IMG/VR virus record: IMGVR_UViG_3300001346_000004
DNA length: 64,000 bases
Origin: an uncultured virus (IMG/VR IMGVR_UViG_3300001346_000004)
Taxonomy: Duplodnaviria > Heunggongvirae > Uroviricota > Caudoviricetes
Strand: one strand, 5' to 3'
A model generated the notes under the pieces. It had not been told where the DNA came from. It worked only from the letters and a program-made list of their open reading frames with translations, and searched no databases. Both the position numbers and the translations under genes were made by a program. Below are positions 30,719-39,693 of this stretch, piece by piece. Positions within the stretch are counted from its first letter, which is position 1; every line of letters begins with the position of its first letter.

Positions 30719-31605
30719 GCTTGGTCCATTGTAACGTTAATGTCAAACTGATGTGAACATTTGTCACAGGTTGCACTCTTAACTTTTAAATCTAACTGCT
30801 GCTTCATCTTTTGTAAACTTTGTTGCAAGTTTTCAAAAATTTCTTTTGGTGCATTAAGAATAAAATCACGTATCTGTTTTGGATCTGTTTCTGAACCTTG
30901 CGGAGTATCAATTCGTCTAACTACATCTGCTACAGACTCAACTGTAAGCTCTGTCAATTTTACAAAACTAACTCCAAATCTATCAACTTTTTCTTCGTCG
31001 GACATTTCGTTATCATTAATGATATTGAATATTTTTTCTTGTTCGATTCTTGCAAGTGTTTTCTTTGTGAACTCTTTGTAAGTATATGGACGAATATGGA
31101 AAACAAGTTCACCGGATGTAAATGTATCTGTATAGTTAAACTGTGCAAGTTCTTCTAAGTATTTTGTTAAATCAAATCCATAACGCTGCTCTTCTTTGCA
31201 AGCAGGACACTCTGTATCAATGTCCATGTTTTCGCCATAAGTGGCTATTCTAATTGCAACTAGGATAGCATCTAGATCGATTGTAGGTAATTGCCAAGGA
31301 TCTTTAATAGAAGGAATACAACTGTTAATAACAGCAACAGTTGATTGCCCGCTTAGTAATGCATCAGGTGTTTTAAACATTAATTCGTCTTTGGCTGTCA
31401 TGCTGTACACAGCATATGTTCCGTCTTCACTCTTATCAAGTGCGGCCGGTGCGTAGAAGTTTCCTTTACTTGGTAAACTTACGTAAATTTTAGGTTGTCT
31501 ATAGTAGGCAGATAAAGGACTGCTCTGAACAGCGGCATCACCATTGCTAGTCGCTGGAGCACTCCCTGTAACATCTACCTTTGGTAGTTCTTTGTTTTCG
31601 TCCAT
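30694..31605 (-). CDS. gp26: Baseplate hub assembly chaperone, gp26-like
   Basis: LPSKG.FY, MTAKDE, IDLDAILVAIRIATYGE, CPAC and CDKC zinc-binding pairs; divergent from tape measure gene. Confidence 0.75.
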   Translation of the reverse strand: MDENKELPKVDVTGSAPATSNGDAAVQSSPLSAYYRQPKIYVSLPSKGNFYAPAALDKSEDGTYAVYSMTAKDELMFKTPDALLSGQSTVAVINSCIPSIKDPWQLPTIDLDAILVAIRIATYGENMDIDTECPACKEEQRYGFDLTKYLEELAQFNYTDTFTSGELVFHIRPYTYKEFTKKTLARIEQEKIFNIINDNEMSDEEKVDRFGVSFVKLTELTVESVADVVRRIDTPQGSETDPKQIRDFILNAPKEIFENLQQSLQKMKQQLDLKVKSATCDKCSHQFDINVTMDQANFFGARS

Positions 31606-31617
31606 CTTTATCTCCGA

Positions 31618-31656
31618 TAAATAATATATAATTGCATATTAACAAATGTATTTATA
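31618..31656. promoter_or_regulatory. Face-to-face late promoters (plus TAAATA 31618-31623; minus TATAAATA 31656-31649)
   Basis: The minus copy is the exact T4 late consensus TATAAATA; both lie in the 77-nt gap between divergent genes. Confidence 0.65.
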
Positions 31657-31682
31657 TGCGTATATTTCTGGAGAAATAGTAA

Positions 31683-34325
31683 ATGGCTGATGTAACTGGT
31701 AATTTTGGACAAGAAGAAATTGTTCTTAATAATGCCGCGACGGAAGCCACGTTAAAGCAACTATTATCAGCAATGCAGGTTGTTGCTGCTAAATCCAAGT
31801 CAGAATTCAAAAACCATGCAGATTTTGAAAAGGCAATGGGCAACCTTGCAGGTACAACCCAAAATCAAGTAAAAAATGGTAAGAAGTTCAACGATAGCAC
31901 ACTTAGAGCATATAAAGCCAAAGATAAAGAAACCGCTTCAGTTGAAGAAAACACAAAGGCCTACGACGAATCAGTTAAGAAAATAACACATTTTCAGGCT
32001 AATGTTGAAAAAGCCGCAGGTGCAATAGTAGGTTTAATTAATAAAGTAAGTTCTGCAGCAGAGGCTGTACGAGGCATGGATGGTTCTATTGGTAGTGCTG
32101 TAGGTGCATTAGGCCAAATTCCTATGGGAGTTGGTGATGTTATCAAAGGTATATTTGGACCAGTAGCAGGTGCAGTTGATCAAACACACGCAGCATTTTT
32201 AGAAGTAAGTTCAGTAGGTGCTAACTTTGGCGGCAACATGGCAGCCATGTTGAAATCCTCAAGTGAAGCAGGTTTGTCACTTTCAGAATTTGGCGGAATA
32301 ATTAAAGGTAATTCTGAAGCATTGATGTTGTTAGGTGGTAGCACAGCCGAAGGTGCTAAACGTTTAGCAAAACTTGGTAAGGACATTAGAAACACTCCAC
32401 TTGCAGCAGACCTTGCAAGATTAGGATTTAGCACAGCAGATATCAACGAAGGATTTGCAGACTATTCTAAAATGTTGGCAAGGAATGGAAGACTGCAAGG
32501 CAAGACTGATGCACAGTTAATTGAAGGCACACACACATACTTGAAGAACTTAGATGCTGTTAGTAAGTTAACAGGTAAGAGCAAAGAATCATTACAGGCT
32601 GAAGAAGACGCTAGACAGGCAGACGCACAGTACAGGATTATGATGTCCAAACTGGACGAAGACGGCCAGAAAAATATGAAGGCGTTGATGGATAGTATTC
32701 CTAAGCAACACCAAGCAGGACTTAAAGAGATTTTAGCCACAGGTACTGCAACTACTGATGCTGGTATCGAAGTAATGGCTTACTTGAAACAGTCAGGTAG
32801 TAGTGCTCAAGAGTTGTTTACTCAGATGCAAAACAACGGTACTTTAAGTACTGAGCAAATGAACAACTTTACCACTCAATACAAAAAAGAAGCAGACGAG
32901 TTTGCCAAGAGTCCGTTAGCAGAAACACTAGGTAAATTTGATCCAGCGGCAAACGATTTTGTTATAGGTGTTTTAAATGTTGCAGCCAGAACAAAAACTC
33001 TAGAAGAAACTCTTGCACAAAATGAAAAAGATCTAAAAGATATTACAATTAAAGAAATACCGGATCTAATTGATCCGGCTACAGTACAGAGCTTCAAACA
33101 GAATATTAATCAAAAATCAATCGAGATGACCACTGCACTTGCATCTATTGATTTAAGCAAGTTAGAAACAGTCTTCAACACAGCAGCAGACATCGCCATT
33201 GAATATTTGCCTAAAGCCGTTGAATTAGCCGCTGATAATTTTGAACTTGTAGCAGGAACTGTACTTGCACTTAATAGTGCGGCACTACTTGCAACAGCAG
33301 CATTAAAAGGCATGAGTCTAGCAGCAGGTGCTAATATGCTTACAGGTGGCAAAGCCACCAAAGCAGGCAAAGCCAAAGTAGGTGGAAAAGTAGGTGGCGG
33401 AATGCCAGGTGCTGCAGGCCCTGGAGGCAAAGGCGCAGTTGCCAAAGGCGTAGCAAGAAGATTTTTGCCTCTTGCAGTGTTGATGAGTGCATACGAAGGC
33501 TATACAGGTGCAGCGGCAGCAGATGATAAAGCCGAAGCAGGAGAAATTACTGGTAACGAAGCAACAGTAGAAAAATCAGAAGCAATTGGCGGCGCTGTGG
33601 GCGGTGGTGCTGGCGCACTAACAGGTGCAGCAGCAGGTGCTGCTATGGGATCGGTAGTTCCTATTGTTGGTACAGCAATTGGAGGACTAATTGGTGGTGC
33701 TATAGGCTATTGGGCAGGAAGTAAAGGTGGTGAAATGGCTGGTGAAGCCATTGGTGATGCCATTGCTGGCGAAGATACCATAAAAGATCTTGAAGCTCAA
33801 ATTACCGAACAACAGGCTAGAATTGAAAGAAGTGAAGCAGGTGAAAATGAATATTTAGGTTTTGAAAGTAGTGGTATTAAAAAATCTAAAGCCAAAATAG
33901 AACAATTAAAGAGAGATCTTGAATTAGTAAAAAAACGTACGGCTGAAGCACAAAAAGAAGCCGAAGGCGCAGCAGCAGAAGAAGAAAACAATATTGCAAC
34001 AGAAGCAGAAGTAGGAGATACTTCTTCTACTTCAACAACTGCAACAGATGCGCAGAAAAAATTAGAAGCAGAAAAAGAAAAAGAAAAGAATGAGGCTATT
34101 AAAAAACAAGAAGAACTCAAAAAGAAAACAGATGAAGAAAAGAAAGCCAAAGAAGATGAATTATCTAGTATAACCGAAACCAAGAAAACACCAGAAGAAA
34201 TCATGTTAGCGTTAAATACAAACATAGAAGAATTAGTATCATTAACAAGACTAAGTAACTCTTTAAGCCAAAAACACATTGGAGTTGCACAAGGAATGTC
34301 AAATGATGCATATACTGTAGGATAA
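31683..34325 (+). CDS. Tape measure protein (gp29-like role)
   Basis: 880 aa, Ala-rich helical, glycine zipper GAAAGAAMGSVVPIVGTAIGGLIGGAIG, charged coiled-coil C-terminus; next to chaperone. Confidence 0.7.
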   Translation: MADVTGNFGQEEIVLNNAATEATLKQLLSAMQVVAAKSKSEFKNHADFEKAMGNLAGTTQNQVKNGKKFNDSTLRAYKAKDKETASVEENTKAYDESVKKITHFQANVEKAAGAIVGLINKVSSAAEAVRGMDGSIGSAVGALGQIPMGVGDVIKGIFGPVAGAVDQTHAAFLEVSSVGANFGGNMAAMLKSSSEAGLSLSEFGGIIKGNSEALMLLGGSTAEGAKRLAKLGKDIRNTPLAADLARLGFSTADINEGFADYSKMLARNGRLQGKTDAQLIEGTHTYLKNLDAVSKLTGKSKESLQAEEDARQADAQYRIMMSKLDEDGQKNMKALMDSIPKQHQAGLKEILATGTATTDAGIEVMAYLKQSGSSAQELFTQMQNNGTLSTEQMNNFTTQYKKEADEFAKSPLAETLGKFDPAANDFVIGVLNVAARTKTLEETLAQNEKDLKDITIKEIPDLIDPATVQSFKQNINQKSIEMTTALASIDLSKLETVFNTAADIAIEYLPKAVELAADNFELVAGTVLALNSAALLATAALKGMSLAAGANMLTGGKATKAGKAKVGGKVGGGMPGAAGPGGKGAVAKGVARRFLPLAVLMSAYEGYTGAAAADDKAEAGEITGNEATVEKSEAIGGAVGGGAGALTGAAAGAAMGSVVPIVGTAIGGLIGGAIGYWAGSKGGEMAGEAIGDAIAGEDTIKDLEAQITEQQARIERSEAGENEYLGFESSGIKKSKAKIEQLKRDLELVKKRTAEAQKEAEGAAAEEENNIATEAEVGDTSSTSTTATDAQKKLEAEKEKEKNEAIKKQEELKKKTDEEKKAKEDELSSITETKKTPEEIMLALNTNIEELVSLTRLSNSLSQKHIGVAQGMSNDAYTVG

Positions 34326-34328
34326 TGG

Positions 34329-34358
34329 TTGACAAACAATATATACAGACTGTATAAT
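34329..34358 (+). promoter_or_regulatory. Sigma70-type promoter upstream of portal
   Basis: TTGACA (34329-34334), 18 nt, TATAAT (34353-34358); ATG at 34371. Confidence 0.6.
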
Positions 34359-34370
34359 AAAGGATAAGTT

Positions 34371-36068
34371 ATGAGTTGGAAAAAATACTTTACACCGGTT
34401 AATACCGAAAACCAATCAGGATCATACAGCCCAATTAGTGGCGGTGGACGTCCCGGTCCTGCACGGTCTAACTACTCATCATACTTACCTGACGTATATG
34501 CAGGAAGTCCAAATCGTATTGAAAAATATATGCAGTACGACACAATGGATATGGATTCAGAAGTAAATGCAGCATTAGATATTCTTGCAGAATTTTGTAC
34601 AGGTAAAGATAAAGAAAATGCTACTCCTTTCCATTGCTTCTTTAGAAATGCTCCGACAGGAGTAGAAACAAAACTTATAAAAGAAGCATTACAAAAATGG
34701 TGTAAAATACAACAGTTAGAAAATAGAATTTTTAGAATAGTAAGAAATGTATTCAAATATGGCGATTGTTTTTTCATGCGTGATCCAGAAACTAGAAAGT
34801 TGTTATATGTGGATCAAGCAAAAGTCTCTAAAATTATTGTTAACGAATCCGAAGGAAAACTTCCTGAGCAGTATGTTGTAAAAGATATTAACTTTAACTT
34901 TAAAAATTTAGTAGCAACTACACCACACGGTACAACAAACACATCACCAAGCGGAACAAGTTCATACACAAGCGGCGGTGGATTTGGTAGAGGAATGGTT
35001 GGCGATGCAGCACAACCGCCAGGTACACGTTTTCAAAATGCACAAAATGAAGTAACTGTAGATGCAGAACATATTATGCACATCAGTTTATCAGAAGGAT
35101 TAGACGGTAACTATCCATTTGGTAATTCATTACTTGAAAGTGTGTTTAAAGTTTACAAGCAAAAAGAATTACTAGAAGACGCAATTATCATTTATAGAAT
35201 ACAACGTGCTCCTGAAAGAAGAATTTTTTATGTTGATGTAGGTAACATGCCTGCACACATGGCAATGAGTTTTGTTGAAAAAGTTAAAAACGAAATACAA
35301 CAAAGACGTATTCCTAGTTCAACAGGTGGCGGAACTAGTGTTATTGACGCAAGTTATAATCCACTATCAACTAACGAAGATTACTTCTTTCCACAAACAG
35401 CAGAAGGAAGAGGTTCTAAAGTTGAAACATTACCAGGTGGAACTAACCTAGGCGAAATTACAGATTTAAAATACTTTACTAATAAACTGTTTAGAGCTTT
35501 ACGTATTCCAGCAAGTTATTTGCCAACATCAGTTGATGAACAAGCAAATACAGTTTCAGATGGTAAAGTAGGAACAGCATATATTCAAGAACTAAGATTT
35601 AATAGATATTGCGAAAGACTACAAAGTAATATTGTAGAATCTTTTGATCACGAATTTAAATTTTGGTTGTCTAAAAACGGATACAATATTGATCCAAGTT
35701 TATTTGAATTAAAATTTAATCCACCACAAAACTTTGCAGCATACAGACAAGCAGAGTTAGATACAACAAGAGCAAATATTTTTGGAACACTACAACAAGT
35801 TCCGCACTTATCAAAACGTTTTGCACTAAAACGTTACTTAGGTTTAACTGAAGAAGAGATAAAAGAAAACGAAAGACTATGGCGTGAAGAAAACGGAAGT
35901 AATCTTGTCGGAGTTGACAAAGATGCTGCTGGTGAGTTAAGAGGCGCAGGTATTACCCCAGGTGGTATAGCAGCAGATGCCGCAACACAAGATGCTGAAG
36001 CACCAGAAGAAGTTGCAGCCGCAGCAGAGCAACCAGAGGGAGATGCCGGAGCAGAAACTCCTGCATAG
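34371..36068 (+). CDS. gp20: Portal vertex protein
   Basis: LLEDAIIIYRIQRAPERRIFYVDVGNMP, EDYFFP..EGRGSKVETLPGG.NLGEI.D..YF..KL..AL.IP hallmark motifs. Confidence 0.95.
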   Translation: MSWKKYFTPVNTENQSGSYSPISGGGRPGPARSNYSSYLPDVYAGSPNRIEKYMQYDTMDMDSEVNAALDILAEFCTGKDKENATPFHCFFRNAPTGVETKLIKEALQKWCKIQQLENRIFRIVRNVFKYGDCFFMRDPETRKLLYVDQAKVSKIIVNESEGKLPEQYVVKDINFNFKNLVATTPHGTTNTSPSGTSSYTSGGGFGRGMVGDAAQPPGTRFQNAQNEVTVDAEHIMHISLSEGLDGNYPFGNSLLESVFKVYKQKELLEDAIIIYRIQRAPERRIFYVDVGNMPAHMAMSFVEKVKNEIQQRRIPSSTGGGTSVIDASYNPLSTNEDYFFPQTAEGRGSKVETLPGGTNLGEITDLKYFTNKLFRALRIPASYLPTSVDEQANTVSDGKVGTAYIQELRFNRYCERLQSNIVESFDHEFKFWLSKNGYNIDPSLFELKFNPPQNFAAYRQAELDTTRANIFGTLQQVPHLSKRFALKRYLGLTEEEIKENERLWREENGSNLVGVDKDAAGELRGAGITPGGIAADAATQDAEAPEEVAAAAEQPEGDAGAETPA

Positions 36069-36069
36069 A

Positions 36070-36075
36070 TAAATA
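36070..36075 (+). promoter_or_regulatory. Late promoter TAAATA, 5 nt before ATG 36081
   Basis: GATAAATACAAGTATG; no SD. Confidence 0.55.
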
Positions 36076-36080
36076 CAAGT

Positions 36081-36320
36081 ATGCTTTTGAAAGAATTTTT
36101 TTATTTTAACGATGAGATAAACGACTTTGCTGTTGATCGTAGATACGACAACAAAGAAGATTCATCTGTTGTTGAATTAGATGATACTAGAAAAATTAAA
36201 CTTACTTTGGGTCAAATAAATCAACTGCGCTTGCAAGCAGAAGCCCATGATGCAGAAAAGCAAAGCGAAGCGGGTTTCATAAGTCAAATGTATGGAACAC
36301 CAGTTGAGCAAGAAGAATAA
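36081..36320 (+). CDS. Small head-module protein
   Basis: 79 aa after portal; MLLKEF start, DTRK.KLTL.QIN.LR. Confidence 0.65.
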   Translation: MLLKEFFYFNDEINDFAVDRRYDNKEDSSVVELDDTRKIKLTLGQINQLRLQAEAHDAEKQSEAGFISQMYGTPVEQEE

Positions 36321-36930
36321 ACCAAAATCTGTACACAAAGATATAGCATTTGTTCTTGGCAATGGCAAGAGCAGATTACATGTGAAGTGTGAATCTCTTT
36401 TAGATATAGGAACAGTATACGGGTGCAATGCCCAGTATAGAGAATTCGATCCTCATTATATTGTTGCTGTTGATGTTAAGATGGTTAATGAATTAATTGA
36501 TTCAGGGTATGCAAACAAAGGTACTGTATGGACAAATCCTAACAAAGGTATCAAAGATCGACAAAAAATAAACCTATTTAATCCACATAAAGGTTGGAGT
36601 AGTGGGCCTACAGCACTATGGTTTGCTGCAAAGAACGGCCATAAAAACATTTATATTCACGGTTTTGACTATCAAGGACTGCAAGGAAAGTTTAATAATG
36701 TGTACGCAGACACACATAATTACAAAAAAAGTACTGATTCTGCTACTTTCTTTGGTAATTGGTTATCACAAACAGAAAAAGTAATCAAAGAATTTCCACA
36801 TACACAGTTTCATAGAGTAATAACTTCAGGAGCATATATACCTGATAAGTTAGGACCACAATATTCTAACTTAAAACACCTTTCTATCGAAGAATTTGGT
36901 AAAACCTTCGAAGGAACTATATATCAATAA
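36292..36930 (+). CDS. Maf/MptE(DUF115)-like, glycosyltransferase-like protein
   Basis: AFVLGNGKSR, VYGCNA, VAVD, SSGPTAL..A, IYIHGFD motif series resembles Maf_flag10/sialyltransferase-like Rossmann folds; start uncertain. Confidence 0.55.
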   Translation: MEHQLSKKNKPKSVHKDIAFVLGNGKSRLHVKCESLLDIGTVYGCNAQYREFDPHYIVAVDVKMVNELIDSGYANKGTVWTNPNKGIKDRQKINLFNPHKGWSSGPTALWFAAKNGHKNIYIHGFDYQGLQGKFNNVYADTHNYKKSTDSATFFGNWLSQTEKVIKEFPHTQFHRVITSGAYIPDKLGPQYSNLKHLSIEEFGKTFEGTIYQ

Positions 36931-36979
36931 CAAATGAATCAAAAAACACCCTTTTTACCCCAATTTTATAAGTAAAATG

Positions 36980-36985
36980 TAAATA
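36980..36985 (+). promoter_or_regulatory. Late promoter TAAATA for scaffold-protease-capsid operon
   Basis: Intergenic; followed by AGGAG SD and ATG 37027. Confidence 0.6.
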
Positions 36986-37026
36986 CATTAACAAACAGCC
37001 TTACCAATTATATATAGGAGAATACA

Positions 37027-37923
37027 ATGGCAGATAAAACAACATTAGAGCAAATGCTTGAGCATTTGGTTAACGACGATGCTGCGAAAGCAGAAGAGTT
37101 ATTCCACGAGTACGTGGTATCAAAATCAAGAGAAATTTATGAAGACCTTATCGAAGAAGAAGTAAAAGATGAGGAAGTTGACGAAGCATCTAAAGATGAC
37201 GATGCAGAAGACAAAGAAGTAGACGAAGCGTCAAAAGATGACGATGCAGAAGACGAAAAAGTAGATGAAGCATCTGATAAAGACGAAGAAGTTGACGAAG
37301 AATTTGAAGAAGTTGCTATAGAAGCAGACGACGAAGATCCAATGGATGCTATGGGCGGCGATAAAACCGACGATCTAGAAACAGACATTACAGGTGATAG
37401 CGAAGAAGGTGATAAAGAGCCAGAAGAGTTATTCCAGGATTTAGATTCAATCGTTGATGAACTACAGTCAAAATTCGACGAAATTAAAGGCGAAGAAGGC
37501 GATGAGATGGACATGGATGCAGAAAAAGAAGAAGAAATGTTTGCTCCAGAATCATCTGCTGACCCAGAAGGCGATGCTGAATTAGCAACAATGCGTGAGT
37601 ATGTTGAAAAAGTTGCAGGTGGACACGGTGCTGAAACAAAAGGTAGCGCAGACACAGCAGACAACAAAAAATCAGTTGTTGATAACATGAAGAACGACAT
37701 GGGTGGAACAAGTGCTAACATCTTAAAAGGTGGTGAAGAGTCAGGTAAAAATGACGGCGGATTAGCAGATATTACACCTAAAGATATTGCAAGCGGCAAT
37801 GTTAACACTCCAGGTAGCAAAAATGCAACGAAGATGTCCAATGAAAAAGGACACGGTGCAGAAAAGAAAGGCGCTGCTGAGACTGCTGACAACAAGCAAT
37901 CAATTTTCCGTGGTCGTAGATAA
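37027..37923 (+). CDS. Acidic prohead core/scaffold protein
   Basis: Extremely D/E-rich 298 aa between portal and protease, the position of T4 gp67/68 core proteins. Confidence 0.7.
   Translation: MADKTTLEQMLEHLVNDDAAKAEELFHEYVVSKSREIYEDLIEEEVKDEEVDEASKDDDAEDKEVDEASKDDDAEDEKVDEASDKDEEVDEEFEEVAIEADDEDPMDAMGGDKTDDLETDITGDSEEGDKEPEELFQDLDSIVDELQSKFDEIKGEEGDEMDMDAEKEEEMFAPESSADPEGDAELATMREYVEKVAGGHGAETKGSADTADNKKSVVDNMKNDMGGTSANILKGGEESGKNDGGLADITPKDIASGNVNTPGSKNATKMSNEKGHGAEKKGAAETADNKQSIFRGRR
37174..37299 (+). repeat. 42-nt tandem repeat encoding EVDEASKDDDAEDK
   Basis: Two full units (37174, 37216) plus degenerate copies. Confidence 0.85.
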
Positions 37924-37938
37924 TAGAGGAGACTAAGG

Positions 37939-38565
37939 TTGAAAACTAACCTACAAGAACATCTGAGCTTCGACCAGGCTAAAATCGTCGTAGAACGTGA
38001 TGAAGGCGAGGGTAAAACATTACATTTAAGTGGCATCTGTATTCAAGGTGACATTCGTAATGCTAACCAGCGTGTTTATTCTTCGAAAGAAATTGATAGG
38101 GCTGTCAAGACGCTCAACGAACAGATTTCTGGGGGGTATTCAGTGCTAGGTGAAGTTGATCATCCTCAAGATTTACGTATCAACCTCGACCGTGTATCTC
38201 ACATGATTACAAAAATGTGGATGGACGGTCCTAACGGCTACGGAAAACTTAAAATGCTTCCAACTCCAATGGGTCAATTAGTTTCGACCATGTTGGATTC
38301 GGGAGTTAAGTTAGGAGTTTCTAGTCGAGGATCAGGCGAAGTAGATCCAAGTGGTAATGTTCAAGGATTTGAAATTATTACTGTGGATGTGGTAGCACAA
38401 CCAAGTGCTCCAGGCGCCTATCCAACACCAGTTTATGAACACCTTATGAATAATAAAGGTGGTTACGAGGCATTTAAAGTAGCACAAGAAGTACAAGGCG
38501 ACGCACAGGCACAACGTTATATAGCAGAGAGCTTGAAAAATTTAATTCAAGGTCTTAAATCTTAA
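37939..38565 (+). CDS. gp21: Prohead protease
   Basis: N.NQRVY, GEVDHP (His), GVSSRGSG (Ser), ITVDVVAQPSAP; TTG start after GAGGAG. Confidence 0.93.
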   Translation: MKTNLQEHLSFDQAKIVVERDEGEGKTLHLSGICIQGDIRNANQRVYSSKEIDRAVKTLNEQISGGYSVLGEVDHPQDLRINLDRVSHMITKMWMDGPNGYGKLKMLPTPMGQLVSTMLDSGVKLGVSSRGSGEVDPSGNVQGFEIITVDVVAQPSAPGAYPTPVYEHLMNNKGGYEAFKVAQEVQGDAQAQRYIAESLKNLIQGLKS

Positions 38566-38577
38566 GGAGAATATCAC

Positions 38578-39681
38578 ATGCTAGACTTTGTTAAACAATT
38601 GTTTGAAAACAATGTGATTTCCGAGGAAACTAAGTCGGAGATTGAATCCGCTTGGGGAACTGCTGTTCAAGAAAACCGCGACACAATCTCTACACAATTA
38701 CGTGAAGAATTTGCATCGAAGTATGAGCACGATAAAACTGCAATGGTTGAAGCAGTAGATAAGATGCTTTCAGACAGAATTACTGCTGAATTATCTGAAT
38801 TTGCTGAAGACCGTCAAGGACTTATCGAGGCTAGAGCCAAGTATGCTAAGAAGATTAAAGACGATTCCAAAGCAATGGAATCATTCGTTCTTAACAACCT
38901 TAAAAAGGAACTAGGTGAACTTCGTGAAGACCGTAAGAATGTAGCGGGCAATGTTGCCAAGTTAGAATCTTTTATAGTGAATTCATTGGCGAAAGAAATC
39001 GCAGAATTCCATGCTGATAAAAAGGATCTTGCTGAAACCAAAGTTAAACTTGTTAGAGATAGCAAGGCTAAATTTGAAGATGTTAAGAAACAATTTATCA
39101 ACAAAGCATCTGAAGCAATTCAGGAAACAGTTTCAAAAGGACTGCGTTCTGAAATGACTCAATTAAAAGAAGATATCGAGGCTGCACGCACGAATGATTT
39201 TGGTCGCAGAATTTTTGAAAGTTTTGCAAGCGAATATGCAACTAGCCATCTTAATGAAAAATCTGAAACAGCCAAACTTCTTAAAGTTGTAAAACAGAAA
39301 GAAGAAGCAGTTAAAGAAGCAGAAGCCAAAGCGGCTGATGCTGAGAAACTAGTTGAAAGCAAAGATACTGAAATAACTCGTATGAATAACTCAGCGCAAA
39401 GAAAGGAAGCAATGGCAGAACTTATGTCACCGCTTTCAAAAGAAAAGCGTGAAGTTATGGGCGAACTTTTAGAATCTGTGCAGACAGATAAACTACACGC
39501 AACCTTTGACAAGTATATTTCTGCCGTAATGGAAGGAAATGTACCTCAAATGAAAAAGGTGGCGCTGACAGAAGGCAAAGAAGTAACAGGCGATAAAACA
39601 CAGGCACAAGCAATCGGCGGATCAGAGCAAAAAACCGCTGAGATTTTTGACATCCGCAGGCTTGCGGGACTAAAAGTTTAA
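38578..39681 (+). CDS. gp22: Major prohead scaffolding protein
   Basis: Coiled-coil 367 aa between protease and capsid. Confidence 0.75.
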   Translation: MLDFVKQLFENNVISEETKSEIESAWGTAVQENRDTISTQLREEFASKYEHDKTAMVEAVDKMLSDRITAELSEFAEDRQGLIEARAKYAKKIKDDSKAMESFVLNNLKKELGELREDRKNVAGNVAKLESFIVNSLAKEIAEFHADKKDLAETKVKLVRDSKAKFEDVKKQFINKASEAIQETVSKGLRSEMTQLKEDIEAARTNDFGRRIFESFASEYATSHLNEKSETAKLLKVVKQKEEAVKEAEAKAADAEKLVESKDTEITRMNNSAQRKEAMAELMSPLSKEKREVMGELLESVQTDKLHATFDKYISAVMEGNVPQMKKVALTEGKEVTGDKTQAQAIGGSEQKTAEIFDIRRLAGLKV

Positions 39682-39693
39682 GGAGAACAAACA

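Noticed and set aside
37174..37299. CRISPR-like array
   Set aside because: In-frame coding tandem repeat with synonymous variation and no spacers
37137..38036. 299-aa Ser-rich minus-strand ORF
   Set aside because: Antisense shadow of the GAA/GAT-rich scaffold gene; no SD or promoter
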